A stretch of DNA of 64,000 nt. It comes from an uncultured Myxococcales bacterium. GTDB lineage: Bacteria; Myxococcota_A; Bradymonadia; REDH01. Under the pieces are notes generated by a model. The model was not told where the DNA came from, ran no database searches, and saw only the letters and a list, made by a program, of their open reading frames with translations. How positions within the stretch are numbered: the stretch's first letter is position 1; the number at the start of each line of letters is the position of its first letter. A program made the position numbers and the translations under genes. The stretch covers positions 175 to 64,174 of the forward strand of contig CBDUJZ010000010.1 in assembly GCA_965367675.1 (NCBI GenBank). Reading direction: 5' to 3'. Positions 47,561 through 55,395 of the stretch are shown here, in pieces.

Positions 47561-49608
47561 GCACCAACTCCGAATTCGGCGGATCCTGGTGGGGCCAGCG
47601 CTGGATCGAGGCCCTCGAACGCCTCAGCACAGCTTGGCAGAACCGCCTCCCGCGCGGCCGCGACTACGCCAAGAAGGGCCACGTCATCTCGCTCAGCGTC
47701 TCGTCCGGCAAAATCGCCGCACGCGTGCAAGGCTCCCGCTCCAAGCCCTACGTGACCACCATCGAGGTGCCCCCGCTGCGCAGCTCGGATTGGGACCTCG
47801 TCATCGCCACGTTGGCCTCCGAGGCGCGCTTCCCGGCGCAGCTGCTCATCGGCATCATGCCCGCCGACATCGACGACGCGTTCGCCGAGCACAACGTGAA
47901 CCTCTTCCCGGCGCGTAACTCCGAGATGCTCGGCAGCTGCACGTGCCCGGACAAGGCGCGGCCGTGCAAGCATATCGCCGCCGTGCACTACGCGTTTGGC
48001 CAAGCGCTCGACCGCGACCCGTTCCTGTTGTTCCACGTGCGTGGCGCCGACCGCGAGCGCCTGCTCGAAGGCTTCAACCGCGCGTGGTTTGGCGAGCAGT
48101 GGAACGCCGAGGACGACGAGATTATCGGCCAAGGCGTCGACGATGGCGTCGAGATCCTGCCGCTCGAAGCGGACGCGTTTAACCGCGCCCCGCACGAGAT
48201 CGTGTCGATGTCGTTCGCGCCGCTCCACCCCGAGCCGCGCCTGCTCATCCTCGACCGCCTGAACGCCCCGCGCTGCTGGTCGGTCCCGATCCAGATCGAG
48301 GACCTGCTCGGCCCGGTGTTCGAAGAGAGCACCAAGCTCGCGCGCAAGGTCGCCGTCGAACGCTACGAAGGCGCCGGCGCGGTGCTCGACGACACCCAAG
48401 TGGTCGCCAGCGAGAACGCCAGCTCCGACGGCTTCGCCAACCTGGCGCTCAACAGCCTCACCGAGCCCGCCGACGACGATTACCAAGCCGCGTCGACCAA
48501 CGCGACGTTCGTCCTGCCGCGTTCGCTCAACGTGGCCAGCGACCGCATCGCCAAAGCGCCGCCCGCACCCGCGCCGGAGCGAAAGGCCTCCCGCGTCATC
48601 GTCCGAAAGGGCGTGGGCGTGACCCGCAAGGCCGCGACCAAGACCAAGACCGCGCCGGTGAGCAGCACGGCCCGCAACAAGACCGCGGGCCCCATCGCGC
48701 CGCCGGCCGACTTCGTGATGCCCGAGGAGACCTCTTCGGGGCCGGTGATGGTCCGCAAGGGCCGCGCCGCAGCATCCACGGGACCCGCCATCGTGCGCCG
48801 TCGCGGCTCCGGTGGCATCCAGATCGAGCACGCGCCTGTGGCCGTGGAGCCCGAAGTGCTGGGCAAAGAGCTCGCCGCCGAAGTGGTCGATGGGCTCGAG
48901 TCTGGCAACGCCGCCGAAGCCGTGCGGTCCGCCGTGCGACTGTGGGCCGTTGATCCCACCACCGACGCGTTCCTGCTGCTCATGAAGTCCGCCGAAGCCG
49001 CGGACCGTAAGGAGAAGACGCTGCAGTCGGAGGCCGCGCGCATCGTGCTTCGCTCGCGCGAGCGCAACTTCGCCCTCAACACGCCTGGCGCCCTCATCCT
49101 GCTGTGCTCGGCAGAGGTGAAAGTCGTTGTAGACCAAGTGTTTAGCCTGGGTAAGAAGGCGTGGCGCGACGACGGCCCCGCAGCCCCCGTGCTGTTGTAC
49201 TGCCTCCGCGTGCTGCTCGGCGGCGCACCCATGCCTGAGCGCTCGCACCTCGCGCAGCGCTGGGCCGACCTGGACGGTATCACCTGCACGCTCGGCGTCG
49301 ACGCGGGCTCCGTGGGCTCGTGGCTCGCCTGGGCCAGCACCGAGCGCCCACCCCCGCCGACCCTCAACGAGCGCCTGCAGCGCGTGGTCGTCGAGCTCGC
49401 CACCTGGGCCCTCGGCTCGGCCAACGCCGTCGGCGGTCCCGACCTCGCAGCCTCCTGGGCGTGCGCGGTGGCCGAGGTGTTCGAGATCGCGCGCATCGAC
49501 GGCGGCGGCATGCCGTTCCTGGCGAGCCTGTACGGGCACTTGGAGCGCAAGAAGCGCGTCGTCGCGGCGCTCAATCGCACCGTCTCCGAGTCCACCGTCC
49601 TGCCGTGA
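47557..49608 (+). CDS. SWIM zinc-finger protein with long helical C-terminal domain
   Basis: SWIM CxCx(n)CxH box (CTCPDKARPCKHIAAVHY). ATGA overlap with the SNF2 gene. Confidence 0.7.
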   Translation: MSTNSEFGGSWWGQRWIEALERLSTAWQNRLPRGRDYAKKGHVISLSVSSGKIAARVQGSRSKPYVTTIEVPPLRSSDWDLVIATLASEARFPAQLLIGIMPADIDDAFAEHNVNLFPARNSEMLGSCTCPDKARPCKHIAAVHYAFGQALDRDPFLLFHVRGADRERLLEGFNRAWFGEQWNAEDDEIIGQGVDDGVEILPLEADAFNRAPHEIVSMSFAPLHPEPRLLILDRLNAPRCWSVPIQIEDLLGPVFEESTKLARKVAVERYEGAGAVLDDTQVVASENASSDGFANLALNSLTEPADDDYQAASTNATFVLPRSLNVASDRIAKAPPAPAPERKASRVIVRKGVGVTRKAATKTKTAPVSSTARNKTAGPIAPPADFVMPEETSSGPVMVRKGRAAASTGPAIVRRRGSGGIQIEHAPVAVEPEVLGKELAAEVVDGLESGNAAEAVRSAVRLWAVDPTTDAFLLLMKSAEAADRKEKTLQSEAARIVLRSRERNFALNTPGALILLCSAEVKVVVDQVFSLGKKAWRDDGPAAPVLLYCLRVLLGGAPMPERSHLAQRWADLDGITCTLGVDAGSVGSWLAWASTERPPPPTLNERLQRVVVELATWALGSANAVGGPDLAASWACAVAEVFEIARIDGGGMPFLASLYGHLERKKRVVAALNRTVSESTVLP

Positions 49609-50501
49609 CAGCCGCCTCGTTCGGCGGCGTTCCTCGTCAGGTGTACATGCCCGGCCAGGAGCCCGGCGCGACCTTGCTTCAGGCCCCCGCGCCCGAGGCG
49701 GCACGCGCTTTTGCGGCGGCCGGCCTCGCGCCCAGCCTCGTGTACATCGACCCGCCGTTCGCCGCGAATCGCGACTTCTTCGCGACCACCGCCGACGGTG
49801 AGCAGCGGTTGGCGTACGCGGATAAGTGGCCCTCGTTCGACGCGTACATGGAGTTTATGCGCGACGTGCTGCGCGGCTGCCACCACCTGCTCGCCCCCGA
49901 AGGCAGCCTGCTGCTGCACTGCGACCACCGCGCGGCGCCGTACCTCGCCATCGCGTGCGACGAGATCTTCGGCCGCGGTGACCGCAGCGAGCGCAAGAAC
50001 GCCCCCGGCTTCCGCAACGAGCTCATCTGGTCGTACGGCCTCGGCGGCTCCAGCCCACGCTGTTACCCCAAGAAGCACGACACCATCTTCTGGTACACCA
50101 AGGGCTCGCGCTGGTTCTTCGACCCGCCGCGCGTGCCGGCCACGTCGCAGCGCATGGCCGGGCAGACCAAGAAGGCCCCCGACGTGCTGCAGGTACCCAC
50201 GTTGAACAACATGGCGAAGGAGCGCGTGGGTTACCCGACCCAGAAGCCGCTCGCGCTGCTCGAGATGCTGGTCGCCGCCCACTCTCAGCCGGGCGAGCTG
50301 GTGGTGGACTTGTTCTCCGGAAGCGGCACAACGGCGGTGGCTGCGGCTCGTCTGAAGCGCGCCGCCGCGGTGGCCGACATTGGGGACGACGCGCTCGCAG
50401 TGACCGCGTCGCGTCTGCGCGAGACCGGGTGTGCGACGTCGGTGTACGGGCCGGCCTCGCTCGACGAGGCGATGACCCGCTGGGCGCATATCGGTACATG
50501 A
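49605..50501 (+). CDS. Beta-class N6-adenine/N4-cytosine DNA methyltransferase (N6_N4_Mtase family)
   Basis: Motif IV DPPF (VYIDPPFAANRDFF) precedes motif I FxGSGTT (VDLFSGSGTTAVAA), the beta-class order. The proposed GTG start overlaps the SWIM stop as GTGA. Confidence 0.55.
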   Translation: MTAASFGGVPRQVYMPGQEPGATLLQAPAPEAARAFAAAGLAPSLVYIDPPFAANRDFFATTADGEQRLAYADKWPSFDAYMEFMRDVLRGCHHLLAPEGSLLLHCDHRAAPYLAIACDEIFGRGDRSERKNAPGFRNELIWSYGLGGSSPRCYPKKHDTIFWYTKGSRWFFDPPRVPATSQRMAGQTKKAPDVLQVPTLNNMAKERVGYPTQKPLALLEMLVAAHSQPGELVVDLFSGSGTTAVAAARLKRAAAVADIGDDALAVTASRLRETGCATSVYGPASLDEAMTRWAHIGT

Positions 50502-50629
50502 CCGGCGCGACGCGCTCCTAATTCGGCCCCGCGGGTATTGCGTGTTGACCGCTTCCTTGCGCCCGCTAGGGTGCGCCCGTCGTGCCTGAGGGTGCGGCCG
50601 GTCGCCTTCCCCCCGCTCTCGGAACCTCG

Positions 50630-51658
50630 ATGAAGTCCGTATACGTTCTTGCGTTCGCCGCCGCCTTCGCCGTCTTCGGCGCCACCGCGTGTAACAGCGA
50701 CGCCCCGTTCTTTGGCTTCCCGTGCACCACGGACGAGCAATGCCCGGTGGGCAGCACTTGTGTCGAGAGCACGTGCACGGTGGTACTCAGTGGCGACACC
50801 TCCGGTGACGCGGTGAGCTTCGATGTTTCGGACGACGACGTTACGGTACTTCCAGACGCCGGTGACGACGCTGGCGACGATGTTGGCGATGCCGTTTCGA
50901 CGGACGCCGCGGCCCCCGACACCGGCGGAGACGTGATCGTACGGCCGGACACCGGACCGGATTCCGGCTCCGACGCCAGCACATGCCAGCCTAGCTGCGA
51001 CGGCCTTCAGTGCGGCAACAACGGATGTGGCGGAGTGTGTGGTGTCTGCGGCGACGGTGCTGTGTGCGCGGCTGGCCGATGCGAACTCGACACCGCGCCG
51101 AGCGAGTGCAGCGACGTACTCGTATGCGCTTCTGGCTGCGCCGACTTCAACTGCCTGTTGTCCTGCGCCGATGCCGCCGACGCGACCGGCCGAGCGGCTG
51201 CGTTTGCGCTTCTGGAATGCGCCGCCGACCGCTGTTCGGAGTTCGTCGACGCCACGCCGCAGCAGCAAATCGCTTGCGCCCGTGACGCCTGCCCGAGCGA
51301 GTATGGCGCCTGCACCGGCGGCGCGTGCGTCCCGCAGTGTTCCGGTCGCACCTGCGGAGATGACGGATGCGGCGGGAGCTGCGGCACGTGCGGGAGCGGC
51401 GGGGCTTGCTCGGAAACCGGTCAGTGCGAGGACCTCCTCGACTGCGGCGAACTCTACAACTGCATCTTCGATTGCGGGGACGAGAGCGAGGCCTGCATCC
51501 GAGCGTGCGAGGGCCGCAGCACCACGACCGCTCGCAACCGACTGATCGCCGCGATCGGGTGCGTGCAGGACAACTGCAGCGATGTGACCAGCCCGGAAGA
51601 GAGTCAGCAGTGCCAGAACGACTACTGCGCAGACGAGGTGAACGCGTGCTTCAGCTGA
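50630..51658 (+). CDS. Cys-rich repeat lipoprotein (paralog 1)
   Basis: Lipoprotein signal (…GATACNSD). Repeats of C-x-P-x-CSGRTCGDDGCGGSCGTCGSG. Cys-rich C-terminal domain (CEDLLDCGELYNCIFDCGDE…). Confidence 0.55.
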   Translation: MKSVYVLAFAAAFAVFGATACNSDAPFFGFPCTTDEQCPVGSTCVESTCTVVLSGDTSGDAVSFDVSDDDVTVLPDAGDDAGDDVGDAVSTDAAAPDTGGDVIVRPDTGPDSGSDASTCQPSCDGLQCGNNGCGGVCGVCGDGAVCAAGRCELDTAPSECSDVLVCASGCADFNCLLSCADAADATGRAAAFALLECAADRCSEFVDATPQQQIACARDACPSEYGACTGGACVPQCSGRTCGDDGCGGSCGTCGSGGACSETGQCEDLLDCGELYNCIFDCGDESEACIRACEGRSTTTARNRLIAAIGCVQDNCSDVTSPEESQQCQNDYCADEVNACFS

Positions 51659-51712
51659 ATCAGCCGTAAACACCGCCTTCCCCATACGAACTTCACGACA
51701 CAGCAGGACCCG

Positions 51713-53098
51713 ATGCAACCCCGATACCTCCTCTCCCTTGTCGCCCTCTCATTCGCCCTCACTACGGCGGCTTGCGGTAGCGACTCGTCGCCCTTCTTAG
51801 GCGTCATCTGCACGGCCGATGAGCAGTGCCCCGAAGGCAGCGTCTGTGTTCTAAACACGTGCGTGTTGCCCGGCGCGGATATCGGCGGAAGCGACGTCGG
51901 CGTTGGTGATGCCGACGAAACCGACACCAGCGAAGACGTGGGCGAAGACGCCGCGGAAGACGTGTCGACGGACGACGCCTCGGGCGAGGACACCACGGCC
52001 GAGGACGTGGGCGAAGACACCGTCGAGGACACGACCACCGAGGATGTGGGCGAGGACGCGACCACCGAGGACGTGGGCGAAGACACCGTCGAGGACACCA
52101 CCGTCGAGGACACCACCCCCGACGTGGTCGAGGACACCACCCCCGACGTGGTGGAAGACACGACCGTTGAGGACACCACCGATGTTGGGCCCGACGTGTG
52201 TGAGCCCTCGTGCTCCGGTCGCAGCTGCGGCGACGACGGTTGCGGCGGCATCTGCGGCACCTGTGGAACGGGCACGGAGTGCAGCGACGGCACGTGCGTG
52301 TTGATCGAATGCGTACCCGACTGCTCTGGCCGCATTTGCGGTACCAACGGTTGTGGCGGCTCCTGCGGAACCTGCGGAAGCGGCGACACCTGCAACGCGA
52401 GCGGAATCTGCGAGCCCATCGCCTGCGTCCCCGATTGCTCTGGCCGCATCTGCGGCACGGACGGCTGCGGCGGTAGTTGTGGCGTTTGCGGCTCCGGCGA
52501 CGAGTGCACCACGGGCGGCGCCTGTGAGCCGATCGCTTGTGTCCCCGAATGCTCTGGCCGTATCTGCGGTGACGACGGTTGTGGCGGTCTCTGCGGCGTC
52601 TGCGGCTCCGGCGAGGTGTGCACCGACGACTACGCCTGCGAGGCTAACCTGGATTGTGGGGACTTCGTCGCGTGTCTGCAGGGTTGCGACGACGAGCCCT
52701 GCGCGCTCGCGTGCCAGGCCGCCACCTCGGAGGAGGGCGAGCGATTCTACTTCACGACCGTCAACTGCCTCACGGACTCCGGCTGCGACACCATCGACGA
52801 CCCGGACGACGCCGCCGCGTGCCAGGACGAAAACTGTGGAGCCGAGGTCGACCGCTGCTTCGAGCCTGCGCTCCGCTACAGCTGTGTCGAACTCAACGAC
52901 TGTCTGAACGGCTGCGGTGGCGACGAGTCCTGCGCGGTCGGCTGCGAGAACGCCACCGTCGCGGCGTCGGTCGAGCGCCTGATCGACGTCCTCGAATGCC
53001 AAACGGACAACTGCTCCGGCATCTTCGATGAGACCGAGCTCGCCGAGTGCGCTCAGAACTTCTGCGGCGACGAGATCGACGCCTGCGTCGAGGACTAG
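51713..53098 (+). CDS. Cys-rich repeat lipoprotein with acidic T/D/E tract (paralog 2)
   Basis: Lipoprotein signal (TTAACGSD). An EDTT/EDVG acidic low-complexity tract. Five copies of ~38-aa 8-Cys repeats (CVPDCSGRICGTDGCGGSCGVCGSGDECTTGGACEPIA). A duplicated Cys-rich C-terminal domain. Confidence 0.55.
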   Translation: MQPRYLLSLVALSFALTTAACGSDSSPFLGVICTADEQCPEGSVCVLNTCVLPGADIGGSDVGVGDADETDTSEDVGEDAAEDVSTDDASGEDTTAEDVGEDTVEDTTTEDVGEDATTEDVGEDTVEDTTVEDTTPDVVEDTTPDVVEDTTVEDTTDVGPDVCEPSCSGRSCGDDGCGGICGTCGTGTECSDGTCVLIECVPDCSGRICGTNGCGGSCGTCGSGDTCNASGICEPIACVPDCSGRICGTDGCGGSCGVCGSGDECTTGGACEPIACVPECSGRICGDDGCGGLCGVCGSGEVCTDDYACEANLDCGDFVACLQGCDDEPCALACQAATSEEGERFYFTTVNCLTDSGCDTIDDPDDAAACQDENCGAEVDRCFEPALRYSCVELNDCLNGCGGDESCAVGCENATVAASVERLIDVLECQTDNCSGIFDETELAECAQNFCGDEIDACVED

Positions 53099-53219
53099 CC
53101 ACGCGTCGTGGTCGGCGCCGTCCGTTTGACGACCGCCGACTGCTCCCGCCCGCCGCCCGCTACGGGCTGCCCGCGTCGGTCAGAGTTGAGTTCACGGTCG
53201 AGTTACGTATGCTCGCCGC

Positions 53220-54437
53220 ATGAATGCAACCAACCCGCGTGGGCCCTCTCGACTCGCCGCCGTCGTCGTCGCCCTTGCCGCTGCGTGCGCGCTGACCGCG
53301 TGCGGCAAGGACGACCCGGAGCCGATCGTGCTCAAGGCCGGCGAGGTCGTTCGTCGGTGCACCACCGATATCTACGCCGCGCGCCCGTTTGGGACCATGC
53401 AGGCGGTGGACCGGTACGCCATCGAGTTCGAGGTCCCGCCCGGCACCACCAGTTTCCTGCTCGCGGCGCACGATGAGGGCGCGTCGACCACGATCTCGTC
53501 GATGATTCCGCCCAGCGGCTTCGCGCTCGACCTGCTGCTGGACGAGCAATACAAGCGCTACCACCCATCCGGCTACGGCTCGCTGTACGGCTTCCCGATC
53601 GACGTCGACCGGTTCATGGTGCCGCCAGCGCCGCAGTTCACAGGGCTCATGGAACCCGGGCTCTGGGAAGTGCGCGGCGACACCGGCGGCGGTCGGTTCT
53701 GCGTGTCCATCGCGACCGCTGAGCAGCCCGGGACGCAGCTCGACCTGGCCGTCTATTTGGTTGGAATCCCCGGCCAGAGCGCGGCAACGTTTCGGCAAAA
53801 TCCCGAGTGGATAGAGGTGCTTACCAAGCTCGGCTCCGCCTTCGAAGCAGCCGGGTTGACCGTCAATTACCCAGGCATCTCCTACGTCGACATCGAGGGT
53901 GACGCCGCCATCAAGTTTGGCGTCCTGCGCTCCTACAGCGACCTCTCCGCCCTCATGCGAGAGAGCGAACGTGGTCACGACGACACCCCGCTTCGCGTCA
54001 ACGTCTTCCTCGTGCGCGGCTTTGCCGGCGACCTCCCGACCGGCCTGCTCGGCGTCTCGTCCGGCATCCCGGGCGTGGCGGGCGTGCACGGCACCACCGA
54101 CAGCGGCATCGTCTTCGGCGTGGGCGACTACCTCGGCGTCGACGACATCGCCGACGGTGTGTCCGGCAACGAATACCTGGGCCACGTTATGGCCCATGAG
54201 CTCGGCCACTACGTTGGCCTGTTCCACACGAGCGAGATCCGCGGCGGTGTGGACCCCCTCGACGACACCCCGTTCTGCGTCGGCATCCAGCACATGAACT
54301 CTGCCGACGAGGTGCGTGCCGCCTGTGACGACGTCGACAACTTGATGTTCCCGTTCGCGATTCCCGGCGCCGGCACCGACCTGTCGCCCCTACAGGTGAC
54401 CACCGCCCGCATCAGCCCCCTCATGCGCGTGCCCTAG
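53220..54437 (+). CDS. Metzincin-type zinc metalloprotease lipoprotein
   Basis: Lipoprotein signal (…ALTACGKDD). Zinc-binding HELGHYVGLFH, matching HExxHxxGxxH. Confidence 0.55.
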   Translation: MNATNPRGPSRLAAVVVALAAACALTACGKDDPEPIVLKAGEVVRRCTTDIYAARPFGTMQAVDRYAIEFEVPPGTTSFLLAAHDEGASTTISSMIPPSGFALDLLLDEQYKRYHPSGYGSLYGFPIDVDRFMVPPAPQFTGLMEPGLWEVRGDTGGGRFCVSIATAEQPGTQLDLAVYLVGIPGQSAATFRQNPEWIEVLTKLGSAFEAAGLTVNYPGISYVDIEGDAAIKFGVLRSYSDLSALMRESERGHDDTPLRVNVFLVRGFAGDLPTGLLGVSSGIPGVAGVHGTTDSGIVFGVGDYLGVDDIADGVSGNEYLGHVMAHELGHYVGLFHTSEIRGGVDPLDDTPFCVGIQHMNSADEVRAACDDVDNLMFPFAIPGAGTDLSPLQVTTARISPLMRVP

Positions 54438-54451
54438 CGCCCCAGAGAGCC

Positions 54452-54979
54452 ATGATTCGACGCTTCTTGTCACAACCGAACACCGCCCACCGCAATATGC
54501 ATATTGTGCTGGGACTGCTCGGACTTCACTTTCTGGTCGCGTCGCTCACATACTTGCTCAGCCCCAACGCGGCGATCGCTCAGTTTCGATCCATCGGCGC
54601 GTGGGTAGGGCAGCCGTATCCCGTGAGCGAGGTGGGGCACGTGTGGCGCATCCTGGCCGCCGGCAACGTGTTCACGCTCGCCTTCCTGTGCTTCGCCATT
54701 CAGTCGAACGTGCGTCGCTACGAGCCGCTCATCAGCGTGTTCCTTGTGCTCAAGCTGTTCAGCGCCTTTGGCTTCCTCTCCGTGTTTGTTGTCGGCCGTG
54801 CAGCCCCCTGGACCATGCTCGGCTACCCCTTCCTGCCGTTCTTGGGCGTGTTCGTTTGGGACAGCCTCAACGCCTGGATGGTGTGGTATTTCGCTGGGAA
54901 AGCCGAGCGGGAGTTGCGCTCAGGCGAGGTAGACGAATCCACGCTGGTGCCCCGCTTGATGTTTGTGCGTCACCGATGA
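54452..54979 (+). CDS. Small integral membrane protein (4 TM)
   Basis: Four hydrophobic helices. ATGA-coupled to the next gene. Confidence 0.4.
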   Translation: MIRRFLSQPNTAHRNMHIVLGLLGLHFLVASLTYLLSPNAAIAQFRSIGAWVGQPYPVSEVGHVWRILAAGNVFTLAFLCFAIQSNVRRYEPLISVFLVLKLFSAFGFLSVFVVGRAAPWTMLGYPFLPFLGVFVWDSLNAWMVWYFAGKAERELRSGEVDESTLVPRLMFVRHR

Positions 54980-55395
54980 GGTTGTTGTCGTTCGAGCGCC
55001 GCTGGTTCGCGATCATTTTCGCCGCCATCCTGCCGTCGAACGCCCACCCCACCCTCACCGAAGGCGCCGACACGCTCCCCATGGGCCGTTACGCCGACGA
55101 GCTGGTGCAGCGCGCGCCGGCCCGCGTCGCGTTTGGCTTCCGAGGCGCCGCGTTGCTCATCGTGTTCTTCGGCGCCGCCCTCGCTGGCCGCTGGAAGCCG
55201 TTCTTGTGGCTCACGCAACCGCAACAAGCTCAGGTGCTCGACGCGATGACGCACCACAACCTGTACCTGGTCCGCGAGCTGCCCACACTCATGAAGGTGC
55301 TCGCCACCATGGGCTACGCCGGCGCGCCACACATACAACAACAACTCGGCGTCGTGCGCATCGACGAGACCCCGCCGTCGTGGATGCAAACATGA
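54976..55395 (+). CDS. Small accessory subunit (gluconate-2-dehydrogenase subunit-3-like?)
   Basis: 139 aa, with RR-containing N-terminus. It sits directly upstream of a GMC oxidoreductase, and both junctions are ATGA overlaps. Confidence 0.35.
   Translation: MRLLSFERRWFAIIFAAILPSNAHPTLTEGADTLPMGRYADELVQRAPARVAFGFRGAALLIVFFGAALAGRWKPFLWLTQPQQAQVLDAMTHHNLYLVRELPTLMKVLATMGYAGAPHIQQQLGVVRIDETPPSWMQT

Noticed and set aside
46840-49704. 954-aa and other long minus-strand ORFs (44315–45850, 48480–50489, 50285–51718) antisense to SNF2/SWIM/MTase/Cys-repeat genes
   Set aside because: No motifs and an R/G/A-dominated composition. The sense strands carry clear helicase, SWIM and methyltransferase motifs.
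44423-50501. Assignment of the SNF2–MTase cassette to DISARM or BREX
   Set aside because: The required partners are absent from the flanking 10 kb. DISARM needs DrmA helicase, DrmB (DUF1998) and a DrmC PLD. BREX needs PglZ, BrxC and BrxL. I therefore report it only as a candidate uncharacterised module.
52163-52640. Regular ~114-bp direct repeats that could superficially look CRISPR-like
   Set aside because: They are in-frame coding repeats (the 8-Cys protein module) with diverged third positions. No cas genes are present, and the 'spacers' are not unique.
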